Below are positions 45,907-58,000 of a DNA stretch of 64,000 nt, piece by piece. Numbering within the stretch: position 1 is the stretch's first letter; every line of letters begins with the position of its first letter. The position numbers and the translations under genes were made by a program. Origin of the DNA: a virus; IMG/VR virus record IMGVR_UViG_3300032334_001019, positions 54,465 to 118,464 of that record. One strand, written 5' to 3'. The notes beneath the pieces were generated by a model. The model had not been told where the DNA came from, did not search any database, and saw nothing but the letters and a program-made list of their open reading frames with translations.

Positions 45907-47058
45907 ATGTCGGAGCAAGAAATAATCAAGAACCAGCCAGGTACTACAGGTACAGGGCACGTAGGTGGAACAGCACCAGGACTCTATCAGGGTCAGGGAG
46001 CATTCGCATCAGGTTCAGATGCAGGAGTTAACGTACCAGGAAACTACACAGATGGTGGAGTTTTGGGTAACATTCCTGCAGCAAATTACGGTCTAACAGA
46101 TGGACCAAACGCAGTAAACCCTTCAGGTGAGGCTGGATCAGGTATCCTACGCCCAGAGCAAGCACGTCGTTTTATTGACTACGTGTGGGATGCAACCACT
46201 CTCGCCCAAGATGGCCGTCGTGTTACTATGAGAGCCAATACAATGGAACTCGAAAAGGTAAACGTCGGAGAGCGTGTAATTCGTGCAGCAGCGCAAGCAG
46301 TTGGCGACTACACAAACGCAGGTGCAACATTCTCAAAGGTTGAATTGACTACAAAGAAGATTCGTCTTGACTGGGAAGTATCTGCAGAAGCACTAGAAGA
46401 TAACATCGAAGGTGCAGCACTAGAAGATCACATTGTCCGTTTGATGACAAATGCTTTCGGTAATGATATCGAAGACCTTGCAATCAATGGCGATGGCGCA
46501 ACAGGCAACTTCTTGTCAATCATGAATGGTTTCGTAAACCATGTTAAGACTGACGGAGATGCTCACGAAGCAGTTGTTACAGTATCTAACGATAACTGGA
46601 CAACAGATGCAATGCAGAAGATCATTCTAGCAATGCCACGCAAGTATCGTGCTATCAAGTCTAACTTGAAGTTCTATGCTGGTACAGACGCATTCCAGGG
46701 AATCATTAAGAATAATGGTACTTTGGCAGATGCAATCGCAGAAGCATTTGCTGGTACACCAGCAGGTACACCTGCAAACCGTCAGGCATACCTTGATGGT
46801 ACAGCACAGACATTCGGTGGAGCACGTACAACTCGTGTTCTAGGAATCGATGTACAGGAAGTTCCTTACTACCCTGCAGGATATGTCGACTTGACATTCC
46901 CACAGAACCGTGTTTGGGGATTCCAGCGTGACATCACTGTAAACCGTGAGTACAAGCCAAAGAAGGATACAGTAGAATATACAGTATTCGTTCGCTTCGG
47001 TATTCAGTGGGAAGAGCAGGATGCAATCGCATTCGCTGATGCTGCAGCAGATGCATAA
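45907..47058 (+). CDS. major capsid protein (HK97 fold)
   Basis: GILRPEQARRFI, EALEDNIEG, DIEDLAINGD; position after the protease; strong GGAGG RBS. Confidence 0.9.
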   Translation: MSEQEIIKNQPGTTGTGHVGGTAPGLYQGQGAFASGSDAGVNVPGNYTDGGVLGNIPAANYGLTDGPNAVNPSGEAGSGILRPEQARRFIDYVWDATTLAQDGRRVTMRANTMELEKVNVGERVIRAAAQAVGDYTNAGATFSKVELTTKKIRLDWEVSAEALEDNIEGAALEDHIVRLMTNAFGNDIEDLAINGDGATGNFLSIMNGFVNHVKTDGDAHEAVVTVSNDNWTTDAMQKIILAMPRKYRAIKSNLKFYAGTDAFQGIIKNNGTLADAIAEAFAGTPAGTPANRQAYLDGTAQTFGGARTTRVLGIDVQEVPYYPAGYVDLTFPQNRVWGFQRDITVNREYKPKKDTVEYTVFVRFGIQWEEQDAIAFADAAADA

Positions 47059-47080
47059 TCTGTAAACAGTACACTTTTAG

Positions 47081-47115
47081 GGGGAGTAGGAGTTAATTCT
47101 CCTGCTCCCCTTATT
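47081..47115 (+). terminator. intrinsic terminator after the capsid gene
   Basis: GGGGAGTAGGAG/CTCCTGCTCCCC hairpin. Confidence 0.7.
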
Positions 47116-47150
47116 AACTTATAATGATATAATACTATTTAGGAGGAATC

Positions 47151-47609
47151 ATGGAAAATATTAATGAAAATCCAATTGTAGAAGAAGCAGTAGTAGAAGC
47201 ACCAGTAGTTGAGACACCAGTTGTTGAGGCTCCAGTTGCAGAACCTATTGTTGAGGCTCCAGTTGCAGAAGAGGCTTTTGTTCCACCACACCTACAGAAT
47301 GAGCCAGATGCTATTACAGCACCAGCATATTCAGCACCTGAAGAAGTTCAGGCTCTAGGTTCAGTTGCAGAGGGAGTCATTGGTGCTACAACAGCAGCCA
47401 AGGCACCTGCAAAAAAGAAGGAAGCATCAAAGCCAGTAAAGAAAGAAACAGTTGCATTACATTCAACTAAGAATGTTACATGGACAGGAGTAGGCAAGGT
47501 CTACCGTGGATATAACATTGTTGAAAAAGATGCAGCAGACCAGTGGCTAACTCGCTCACACATTCGTGTAGCAACACCAGAGGAAGTCGCAAAGGAATTC
47601 GGTCAGTAA
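47151..47609 (+). CDS. low-complexity (VEAP repeat) protein
   Basis: Acidic EAPV repeats plus a small C-terminal domain. Confidence 0.6.
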   Translation: MENINENPIVEEAVVEAPVVETPVVEAPVAEPIVEAPVAEEAFVPPHLQNEPDAITAPAYSAPEEVQALGSVAEGVIGATTAAKAPAKKKEASKPVKKETVALHSTKNVTWTGVGKVYRGYNIVEKDAADQWLTRSHIRVATPEEVAKEFGQ

Positions 47610-47612
47610 TTC

Positions 47613-48521
47613 ATGGAGGTCATGAGAGTTCCACCTTATCCTATTACAACAACTTGGAATTTGCCTTATGCAAATTATAACTATATCCAATATGTTGAGG
47701 ATCTGGTGGACCACTCAGTCGTTGAAACAGAGGTAACTTCAGATGCTAATGGAATAGTTGAGTATATCCTACCATTAGAAAAAGTTCAGTACGACAGAAA
47801 GTTTTACATTAAATTTTATGATGCAGAGCATATACATACATTGTATGAAGAAAATTTAGACATTATTAGACCATATGTAAATGCAAATAAACTTGCATCA
47901 ACTGCATCTGAAATCACAGAATACAGAATGCTTGAGTTAGTATCAAGATCCATTATTGATACCATTATTCCAAATGGTTTTTATAATCACAAACAAATTA
48001 TTCAAGCAGTAGGTCAGGGATCTGACTATTTCCCATTGTGGTATGACACAAATAAAATTTTAAAAGTTTATGAAAATAATATTTTAGTATATGATGTTGA
48101 TACACCAGAATCAAATGAGTTTGAGTATGTTATTACATTGGATAACTCTGCAATCCAAAGAACTGTTTCTGGTTTATATAATAGAGCAGAGCAGTCATTT
48201 CCAAACTTACCAGTTGGAAGAGGAGATTTGGGCTATTATGGAAGAGCATTTGTTGCATTCCCAGAAGGATATGACTATACCTTTGTTATCGATAGTGGAT
48301 ATAAAACAATTCCATCAGATGTTGAATATGCAACACAAGTATTGATGGAAGATATTAAGTGCGGTAAACTTGATTACTACAAGAGATATGTAACAGCATA
48401 TAATACAGATCAGTTTAGAATTCAATTTGATAAGTCAGTTCTTGATGGAACTGGAAACATGCTAGTAGATAAGATATTAGATAAGTACTCAAATACTATT
48501 CTTAAACCAGGGATAATCTAA
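47613..48521 (+). CDS. putative head-tail adaptor
   Basis: Synteny; GY..IPSDVEYA and DKILDKY patterns. Confidence 0.55.
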   Translation: MEVMRVPPYPITTTWNLPYANYNYIQYVEDLVDHSVVETEVTSDANGIVEYILPLEKVQYDRKFYIKFYDAEHIHTLYEENLDIIRPYVNANKLASTASEITEYRMLELVSRSIIDTIIPNGFYNHKQIIQAVGQGSDYFPLWYDTNKILKVYENNILVYDVDTPESNEFEYVITLDNSAIQRTVSGLYNRAEQSFPNLPVGRGDLGYYGRAFVAFPEGYDYTFVIDSGYKTIPSDVEYATQVLMEDIKCGKLDYYKRYVTAYNTDQFRIQFDKSVLDGTGNMLVDKILDKYSNTILKPGII

Positions 48522-48967
48522 TGATATGCGAAGAGCCAGACTTTATCTTCCCTATGCAGGCAGACATATATTATCCAATTGTTGAGCAGGGTACGTACGG
48601 AAATGTTAAGAAGACTTGGATTTTAGACAAGACTATTGCTGCCAACTTTAATGCTGTAGGCTCTGCAGGTAAAGAAGAAATAACTCCTAATGTTAATATA
48701 ACACAAAAGACTCACCTTATTGGAAGAGTAAAGACAGACCTTAGAATCTCAAGTTTAGATTCCCCTCACTCAATAACAAATATCATTCTGACTAATGTTC
48801 GTGATAAGAACTGTAATTATATATACACAGAAACATCTGGTCCACGATCAGGTAAGTCTACAATATTTGAAATTGCAACACAGGAGCCTTTTGTTGGCCC
48901 ATTTGGTGGAATTGAGTATTATAATTTAGTTATCCGTAGATCTGAGAATCAGGCGGTGGATGTATGA
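48521..48967 (+). CDS. putative head-closure protein
   Basis: Synteny and size. Confidence 0.45.
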   Translation: MICEEPDFIFPMQADIYYPIVEQGTYGNVKKTWILDKTIAANFNAVGSAGKEEITPNVNITQKTHLIGRVKTDLRISSLDSPHSITNIILTNVRDKNCNYIYTETSGPRSGKSTIFEIATQEPFVGPFGGIEYYNLVIRRSENQAVDV

Positions 48968-49632
48968 AATTAGCATTTGATGCAAGAGCATTTAATAAAG
49001 AAATGAAGAATATTATAGATTACTCAACAGGTTTTCTTGATGGTGTTCAAAATGGTAAGAAGCAGTTTTTAAATAATCTTGGTCCAGAAATTGCAGAACT
49101 TGCATCACAATACATTGACTCAAATGCAAGGGTAGATGAACAATCACTGCACCATATCTATGAATGGTACCAAACGGGAGACTCCAATGCAAGACTATTT
49201 GATATCAAGTACACAGTAAGCAATCTTGGACTTTCATTTATAACAGAATTTAAACAGTCAACAACTATTAAAAATGGCTCTCGTGTTCCATTTTACAACA
49301 AGGCATCAATTATGGAATCTGGACAGTCAGTAACTATTGCACCAGTAAAAGCACAGGCTTTAAGATTTGAAGTTGGCGGAGAAGTTGTTTATACAAAGAG
49401 CCCAGTTGTAGTTGATAATCCTGGAGGAAATACTGCAGGTAAGTTTGCTCAAGTATTTGATACATTTTTTGGAAGATATTTTTCACAAGCGTTTTTAAGA
49501 TCTAGTGGCTTAGCAGAATATTTCAATAAGCCAGTAGTTTATAAAAAGAATTTGCCTCAAGGTTCTCGTGCAGGAAGATCTCATGGTCTTAATGTAGGGT
49601 ATCGTTGGGTAGCGAATGCGAGGATTGCATAA
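48964..49632 (+). CDS. putative neck/tail-completion protein
   Basis: Synteny; IAPVKAQALRFE...VDNPGG motif. Confidence 0.45.
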   Translation: MKLAFDARAFNKEMKNIIDYSTGFLDGVQNGKKQFLNNLGPEIAELASQYIDSNARVDEQSLHHIYEWYQTGDSNARLFDIKYTVSNLGLSFITEFKQSTTIKNGSRVPFYNKASIMESGQSVTIAPVKAQALRFEVGGEVVYTKSPVVVDNPGGNTAGKFAQVFDTFFGRYFSQAFLRSSGLAEYFNKPVVYKKNLPQGSRAGRSHGLNVGYRWVANARIA

Positions 49633-50177
49633 TGGCTAGTCCAACATCAACATTAAATACTCCAGGCTTATGGGTAAACAAATATCTGCAGGAAAAAATT
49701 TTTAATAACACGGAAATAGCAATGCCATTTTTCCCAACAATGCCAAGCACTATTGATGATTTGACAGAGCAGTGGGTAGTTATAAATGGAGAGAGGCTAT
49801 CTTATCAGGGTGTAGTTGCCGTATTTGACAGACTAATAAGAATGAGAAGATCTCCATTTCCACATATTAAGTGTGAGCAACTTCTTTATTATTTTTATGC
49901 TACTCAAGAAAATGTTACAGAAAATATGATTCAAGTACAGGAGGCAGTTTTAAGATTAATGGATCGTGGGGATGAAACTGCACAGGATATAAATGTCTGG
50001 GCAAAAGATAAGACTTTTGATGGTATGACTTGTAAGTTCTATTTTCATAACTTTAAGATTTACCAGTTAGAAGAAGTAAGAGACATTATTGACTTTGGAA
50101 CAGCACGTACCTTTGGCGGTAATAAGATGATCATTGACTATGATTACCACCAGCGTCAAGATATCATAAATAACTAA
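49632..50177 (+). CDS. putative tail terminator
   Basis: Start corrected to MASPTS (TAATG coupling); lies directly before the tail tube gene. Confidence 0.45.
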   Translation: MASPTSTLNTPGLWVNKYLQEKIFNNTEIAMPFFPTMPSTIDDLTEQWVVINGERLSYQGVVAVFDRLIRMRRSPFPHIKCEQLLYYFYATQENVTENMIQVQEAVLRLMDRGDETAQDINVWAKDKTFDGMTCKFYFHNFKIYQLEEVRDIIDFGTARTFGGNKMIIDYDYHQRQDIINN

Positions 50178-50251
50178 TCTAAAAAAGGTGCTATAATTAA
50201 TCTTGAGGAAACAAGCCCTTTATTCCATAAAGAAAAAAGAGGTGAAAGAAT

Positions 50252-50872
50252 ATGGCTTTAGGTAATAGCAGTAACATTATCGTAGGCGCAGCGCAACTCT
50301 GGACTTTTGAAGCAGGCCAGATGGTAGACGGCGATCTTCCAGCATATGCAAGTGGCGTTAAGTACGCAACAACACTTAATGATGCAGATGAAGATTTCCG
50401 CAACATCGGTTACACCATGAACGGTTTGGAAATTCAGTTCCAACCTGATTTTGGTGAGGTTCAAGTAGACCAGGTTCTAGACGTTGCAAAGTTGTACAAG
50501 CAGGGTATGCAGGTAAATCTAAATACTACATTTGCTGAGTCAACACTTGAGAATCTTCTTGTTGCTATCGCAGCATCAGATGATGATCTAAATACTGTAG
50601 CAGGAAATCCAACACTTAACTTGAAGGCAGGAAACCTTGGTGAATGTCCAGTTGAGCGTGGTCTTGTAGCAGTAGGTCCAGGTACAGGTGACTGTGCACT
50701 TGGATCAGAATTGGAAAGAATTTATGTAGCATACCGTGCACTATCAATTGAGAATGTATCAGTATCTGCAAAGCGTGATGAAGCAACAATGTTTGAAGTT
50801 TCATTCCGTCTACTTCCAAACGATGCAGGTTCATACGGTAAGATCGTTGATCGTACAGTAACACCAGCATAA
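50252..50872 (+). CDS. major tail (tube) protein
   Basis: NIIVGAA, IGYTMNGLEI.FQP...VQVDQ and TFAESTLENL; synteny. Confidence 0.8.
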   Translation: MALGNSSNIIVGAAQLWTFEAGQMVDGDLPAYASGVKYATTLNDADEDFRNIGYTMNGLEIQFQPDFGEVQVDQVLDVAKLYKQGMQVNLNTTFAESTLENLLVAIAASDDDLNTVAGNPTLNLKAGNLGECPVERGLVAVGPGTGDCALGSELERIYVAYRALSIENVSVSAKRDEATMFEVSFRLLPNDAGSYGKIVDRTVTPA

Positions 50873-50891
50873 TATAACTTAATATAAGATT

Positions 50892-50923
50892 GGCCCAGAC
50901 TAAAAATCTGGGCCTTTCTGTTT
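50892..50923 (+). terminator. intrinsic terminator
   Basis: GGCCCAGA/TCTGGGCC stem followed by TTTCTGTTT. Confidence 0.65.
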
Positions 50924-50937
50924 GGTATACTTATATA

Positions 50938-51618
50938 ATGGCAACAGAAATATATAAATTAGGATATATCAATCTAATCGATGGAGAAGAGTTAGAAATA
51001 TCTCCACTTAAGATTAAGTATCTTAGAAGACTTATGGATGAGTTTGAAAATGTCAGGGCATCTAAAAATGATTATGAAGCAATAAGCGCATTAGCAGTAT
51101 GTGCAATGCACTGTATGAAACAATATAAACCACAAATAGCAAACTCAATTGAAGAGTTTGAAAATCACATAGATTTAAAATCAATCTATAAACTACTTGA
51201 TCTTGCAGCGGGAATTAAAATTAATGATGACTCAGAAGAACCAGTAAAAGAACAAGCAGAAAAAAGTGGAGATACATGGGAAAACCTAGATCTTGCTAAA
51301 TTAGAGTCTGAGGTATTTCTTTTGGGAATCTGGAAAGATTATGAAGAACTAGAAAAATCTTTATCTATGCCAGAATTAACATCAATATTAAATATTAAAA
51401 GAGAAGAAGATTATAATCATAAAAAATTTCTTGCAGCAATGCAAGGTGTAGACCTTGATAAAGGCAATAAAACTGATGCTTGGGAAGACTTAAAGGCAAG
51501 AGTTTTTAGTAAGGGTCAAGCAAAAGATGCAAACGACATAGTTGCTCTTCAAGGACAAAATGCACAAAAGGCTGGTTTTGGAATTGGAATGGGTCTTTCC
51601 TACGAAAAAATAGAGTAA
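50938..51618 (+). CDS. tail assembly chaperone, long (GT-like) form
   Basis: Leaderless start MATEIY; the N-terminal half is paralogous to 51672..52007. Confidence 0.6.
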   Translation: MATEIYKLGYINLIDGEELEISPLKIKYLRRLMDEFENVRASKNDYEAISALAVCAMHCMKQYKPQIANSIEEFENHIDLKSIYKLLDLAAGIKINDDSEEPVKEQAEKSGDTWENLDLAKLESEVFLLGIWKDYEELEKSLSMPELTSILNIKREEDYNHKKFLAAMQGVDLDKGNKTDAWEDLKARVFSKGQAKDANDIVALQGQNAQKAGFGIGMGLSYEKIE

Positions 51619-51671
51619 AAATAAAGGTCCGCTATGGTATAATTAAGTGTTAACAACCTATGGAGGAAATA

Positions 51672-52007
51672 ATGGCTAACGCTAATGCAAAGAACGACAA
51701 GACAGAAAAGTTGTCCCTTATTGATGGAACAACATTTGAAGTTAAACCGCTAAAAATCTCACTACTAAAGCCCTTCATGAAAACTTTCCAGGGACTTTCA
51801 GAGGTAGCGGATGATAATGAGAAGTCAATGGATGTATTAATTGAATGCGTACAAATCGCTTTCCAGCAGTACTACCCAGAACTCGCTGATGACAAAGAAA
51901 AGATTGAAGATAGTTTGGATCTTCCAACTGTTTACAAAATCGTTGATGCTGCATCAGGAATTCAACTATCAGACGCTACAGCGCTGATGGGTCAAATTTC
52001 AAAGTAA
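51672..52007 (+). CDS. tail assembly chaperone, short (G-like) form
   Basis: Start after GGAGG; lies between tail tube and tape measure. Confidence 0.65.
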   Translation: MANANAKNDKTEKLSLIDGTTFEVKPLKISLLKPFMKTFQGLSEVADDNEKSMDVLIECVQIAFQQYYPELADDKEKIEDSLDLPTVYKIVDAASGIQLSDATALMGQISK

Positions 52008-52021
52008 AGAGGGTGTAATGA

Positions 52022-55000
52022 TTGTCTGATGTAAACGCCAATATTGGTATAGTCTTTGATACTAAAGACGCCCTTGCCAGTTTACGTCAATTACAGGCTG
52101 GATTAAGCAAGTTTAATCAGGCTTTAACTGTAGGCAATGTTAATGCAGCCAATGCACAAAAAGGATTAAATGCCCAGTTAATTCAGGCAATTAATTCAAC
52201 AGGAAAATTTGTTGCATCTCAAAAGAATGTAGTAAATAGTACAACTTCTTTTACTGAAGCACTTGAAAAAAATAAACTCAGCATGCGGGAATACTTTAGG
52301 TATACCGCTGCTGCTGCAACTGCAAATACAAAAACATTTAGCAGAATGTTTGCAGCAGAGCGAGACATTATTAATCGTGCTCGTAAAGATAGAGTCAAGT
52401 CTCTACAGACACAGTATATACAACTAACAAATGCACAGGGCGAACTTGTAAAAGTTTTACAGATAGTTCCAAAGCACCTTGAAATGGCCAACGGTCAGTA
52501 TGCTGATTATGCTACACGTGTTCAGATGGCTGCACAAAGACAGCAGTTAATGAATCAACTTCTGAAGCAGGGTTCTACACAACTTCTAAATTTTGGTAAA
52601 AATACACAGTGGGCTGGCCGTCAGTTGATGGTTGGTTTAACTATTCCGTTGTCTATGCTTGGTTCTTTTGCTGCTCAAACATTTAGAGACATGGAAAAAG
52701 AAGTTGTTAATTTTAAGCGTGTTTATGGTGACATGTTTACTGACAACGGTGCAACTGATAAGGCTGTAGCAGACATTCAAAGACTTGGTATGGAATTTAC
52801 TAAGTATGGAGTTGCAGTTAAAGATACTATGGCTATGGCTTCAAAGGCTGCTGCAATGGGTCTTACTGGATCAGATTTACAATCTCAAGTATCTGCAGCG
52901 ACAAAACTTTCAGTTCTTGGTCAAGTAGAACAGCAGCAAGCATTAGAAACAACTATATCATTGCAAAATGCATTTGGAATTTCTGCAGATCAACTTGCAA
53001 ATAAAATTAACTTTCTTAACGCAGTTGAAAACCAAACTGTACTTTCTATTGAAGATTTAACAACAGCAATTCCAAAGGCTGGTCCAGTTGTCCAGCAACT
53101 TGGTGGATCAGTAGAAGACCTTGCATTCTTTATGACTGCAATGAAGGAAGGTGGAATTAATGCATCAGAAGGCGCTAATGCACTTAAGTCTGGTCTTGCA
53201 TCTTTAATTAATCCATCAAAGAAAGCAAGTGATTTTCTTGCAGGTCTTGGAATTAACATTAAGGGAATTGTTGAATCAAACGCTGGTAACTTAAAGGGAA
53301 CTGTTGTAGCATTTGCACAAGCACTTGATACACTTGATCCACTTAACCGTGCTCGTGCTATTGAGCAACTTTTTGGTAAGTTCCAGTTTGCTCGTCTATC
53401 TACATTATTTCAAAATGTAACTAAGGATTCATCACAGGCTGCAAGGGCGCTTGGACTTGCTGGTGCATCAGTAGAAGAATTAGCAATCTTATCTGAACGA
53501 GAATTAGGTAAGGTTGAAGATGCTGTTGGAGTTAAGTTTCAAAAAACAATTGAACAACTAAAAGTTCAATTAATACCAGTAGGAAAAGCATTCCTTGAAG
53601 CATTAACACCTGTCGTTGCGTTCTTTGGAAAGATTTTAGAAAAGTTTAATAATTTTAGTGATGGAACAAAAAAAGCAATTGCAATTGTTATTGGAGTTGT
53701 TGGAGGTCTTGCTCCTATTGCACTTATGACATTTGGTCTTCTTGCAAACGGTCTTGCAAACTTGATTAAGTTTTTTGCAATGCTTCGTGGAGGAATGGCA
53801 AAACTTAATGGACAAAACTCAGTACTTGGTGCAGGATTTGATTATTTAACACAACAAGAAATTGAAAATCTAGCACAATCAAATGCTTTGCATACATCTC
53901 ATCAAAATCTTATTGAAACATTCAACATTGAAGCAGGTGCAGCAAATGCTTTGGCAACAGCATACGCAAATGCATCATCACAGGCAAGAACTCTTGCTGC
54001 AACATCTCCAGGATTATTTAATTCTGTTCCAGGTGCAAAGGGGGCAGTATCTAAACTGCCTAAGTTTGCTGATGGCGGAGTTGTTCCTGGTAGTGGTAAT
54101 AGTGACACTGTTGCCTCAATGCTTACACCAGGTGAAGTTGTACTTACAAAGCAAACAGTAAAAGAAAATCCAGAACTAGTTGCTGCACTTATGAATGGAA
54201 ATATTAAGAGATACAATGGTGGTACTGGACAAGAAGGAAATGGAATTCCAGGAGCAAGACAGTCAGATAATTTTGCAACAAGTGGAAGATATACAGATAT
54301 TGGTTCTGCAGCACAAAAATATATCCAAAGACAAATTAATAATATTATGGCAGAAAATGAAAGTGCAACAGCACGAGTAATTGAGTGGGCAAGAAAATCT
54401 GGCAAGGATGTTTCAAACGTAACAAAAGAATCAATTGATTTATGGCGTCAAGAAATGGTTACTAGTCTCAAGTCATCAGTTGATAACATAAGTGATGAAA
54501 CAGTAAAATCTCTTGCTGGTTTGTCAGATAAAGCAGCAAAGGCAAAGATTAAAGAAGGATTAAAACAAACCTCAGTTGGTAAAGATTCTAATTTATTTGA
54601 ATTTGTAGACCCAAGAGGCGGACAGCAGAAGAAGCAACAAGAAGCACATGCAGATGTTCATCCAAAAATGAATGCAAAACAAGTTTTAGATCAGTATGAT
54701 ATAACTGATGATCAGGCAGTAAAAGAACTTACAATGTTTGCTGAAGAATTCCCAGATCAATTATTCAGACCAGTTACAGCACACATGTATAAACTGGTTG
54801 GATTAGTAAATCGTGGAATGACTGGTGCAACTAAAAAGAGTGAAGCAGCATTTGAAAAGAAAAATGGAATGTCTTTATTTGATGCTTGGGAAAGCGATTT
54901 TTCTGGAAAGGGTTCTGGAAAATCTTCAATTGATGTTGCAAAAGACAAGTGGTCTCCAACATTTGATGCAATTGGAGAGAACATTGATACATATGGAGAA

Positions 55001-58000
55001 GAAGTAGATCTTTATCATAAAGATATTATTGCTGGTGCAAGAGAGTGGAAAAAACTTCATGGAGAAACTAAGGCATGGAACGATGAGGCTTTTGCAGAGG
55101 TAGAAAAAATTGCTAGATCAAGAAGAAGTGCTGGATTTAATAGTGTAATCCAAAAGGCCGAAGATAGACTTACTGGATTACGCACATCATTTAAAGATGA
55201 TGTTGCAACAGATGTTGAGGCTGTTGCTGGAAGAAGAGGCGTATCTGGCGGTATCATGAATGTTCTTCGTGGTGGAAGAGCAAAGATTGCAAACGTAGAA
55301 GATAGAGTTAAAGGACTTGGATCTAGAAAGAGACGTGCTAAACAAGACGGTGCCGAAATTGGAAGATCTACAATTGATGGTATTAGATCTAATGCTGGAA
55401 CAAATGCTAATTCTCCATCTATAGAAGCAGAAAAGGCTGGAGTGGAAGTCTCTGACGGACTAGCAAAAGGAATGAAAGAATCAAAAGGCAAGGTTAAAGC
55501 AGCAGCAGCAGAAACAGGAAGAGCAGCCACAGATGAAGTTAAAAGACAGGTACAGTCTGATACATTACAAAATGGAAATGTTGTAGATGCTTATGTTCCA
55601 ACATTTTATCCAGATGGTTCAATAGTTGCAGATGGAGATGGAAATCCACTACCTCCAAGACAAGCAAAGAAGTTAGTTACAAAGTATAAGCGTGGACTTA
55701 GAAGAGAAAAGGTTGGAAGATTTTCTGGTAAATCAGCAGGTGCTTTAGGAACAGCAGCAATGGTCTCTGGAATGGCAGGTGCACCAACAGCAGTTACAGG
55801 AGCACTAGGTGGTGCATCAATGGTTGCATCTATGGCACCAGCACTTGCAGGAATGGGTGCAGTTGGTTGGACAGTAACTGCTATTGCAGCAGTTGGCGTT
55901 GGACTTAAATTATTAGATAAGCATTTTAAAGATTCAGCAAAGAAACAAGCAGAGTATGTAAAGTCAGTTTCAGCAACAACTGAAAAAATGAAAAAGATTG
56001 GCGAAGTTACTGGAAAAGTTGGTGCCTCAGAACTTATGTCAAAAAGAAGAAGTGGCTCATTATTTAATGATTATAATGATGCTAATAGGGCTGGTACACA
56101 ATTTGGAGATCAGTTCTTAACATCAGATATTGGAAAGAGTATAACTAAATCATTTGTAGATAATATGTCAAAGAGTGGTTCTCCAGAAGCAGCAAAGACT
56201 TTGGCACTTGAACTAGCAGCATATATATCAGATGGTATTTTAACAGCAGAACAAGCAAACAGCATTGCTGAGCAAATTGGAACAAATCTTGGAAGTCACA
56301 CAATAACAACAAATATTGAAGGTAATCTTAGAATGCTTGTTGGTCCAAATGGAGAAGACATATTAAATAATCCAATTGAAGCAAGAGTTCGTCTTGTAAC
56401 TCAGCAGGGCATGGAAGTTGATAAAGCAATTAAAGCAATGAATAAATCTATTAGTGCTGGAAACAGTGGAAGAAATGAAGCAGCACAAGTAGTTGCCTTT
56501 GGAGTGCAAACAGTACAACTTGCACAAGCACAAGCAGATGCCGTTGCTAAATACTCTGACGATTTGATTCGTGCAAAAGAAGCAGAACTGGCTGCAACAA
56601 CAAATAAAGAAAAACAAATAACTTTACAAAAAGAACTAAATGATTTAACATCAAAGGCAGCATCAGACACTGCAAGAATGAATAGCAATACTGCAAGAAC
56701 TATTGATATGCAGATGAAGAATTTTGAAAAACTTCAAGCAACTGGAATGTATTCTGGAGGTCTTGGTCAAGATCCATTCAACAATTCAGGTGCACGAGAG
56801 GCTGCTGCATTTGATTCAGTAAAGGCTATGGCAAAAGATAGATATGCCAATACTGAATATAAGACTATGGCACAAACAGTTCTTAGCAGAACGGCAAAAA
56901 TTAGTGATAACCGTCAGTATGGACAGCAAGGATTTAAGACCGCCAAGGAAGCGCAAAAGTTAGAATATAAGATTGACTTCTTAATGGCAAGTGGATTGAT
57001 GAATCCAGCACAAGCAACAACACTACTTGATTTGTTCCAAGGAAACCTAGATCAACTTGCAACTACTCTTGATGTTGGAGTAAAAACTCATGGTGCAGCA
57101 AAAGTAGAAGAACTTGGAATGCTTCTTTCAGTTGGTAACAAAAAGGGTAAGATGCAAAATATTATGCTTAATGTTTCAAAAAGAACACCAGCAGACTTTG
57201 ACAAGTTCTCAAAGATGCTATCAACAATGACTGCTTTAGATGGACATGAGATAAACATGCAGGTAGTTCTAGACACACTTGGTCAAGATGAACTAGACAA
57301 GTTAGCAAATAATTTAGATAAGATTGAAAAAATTAACACACCAATAACAAAAGAAGTTATTGCAAAATTTATTCAAGACAATTCCGATATGCCAGGAATG
57401 ACACAAACAAATATTGATTTACTTACATCTAAGTGGGCAAATTGGGATAAACTTCCAGACTCAATTAAAAAAGAAGCCATATCAAAGTTTGAAACAATTT
57501 ATGCATCTACATATGAAACACATTTTAAAGATGATGCAGCAAGAATGAAATTTGCAGCAGAGTATGCAAATAGCAAGGTCAATGAACTTCCAGAAAATTC
57601 TCCTTCACAGGTTAAAGAATTTACATATAGATATAATTATGAAACAGTTGCTGCAGGAGATCCAGCAAAGGCTGCTGCTGCTATAACTGCAGACAAGGTT
57701 AAAACATACCTTGGCGAAAAACCAACACTTGACACTAAAAATCCAAAGAGTGGTGGCACCAGTGGAGGAACTGGAACTAACCCATTATCTTTCTTAGATG
57801 AACTTGCAATGAGATTAAAGCAGGTAAGAGATAATTCATTTAATGCTTTAAAACCAGTTCAATCATTACTTGCTGCATTTACAAGCAAGAAAGCACAAAA
57901 GAACGCAGCAGCAATGTTTGATATCTTTGATGGAATTCAGAATAGACTTTTAAACATGGGAGTTGGAAAAGATTTTAGAGATGCTATTGCATCAATGTCA

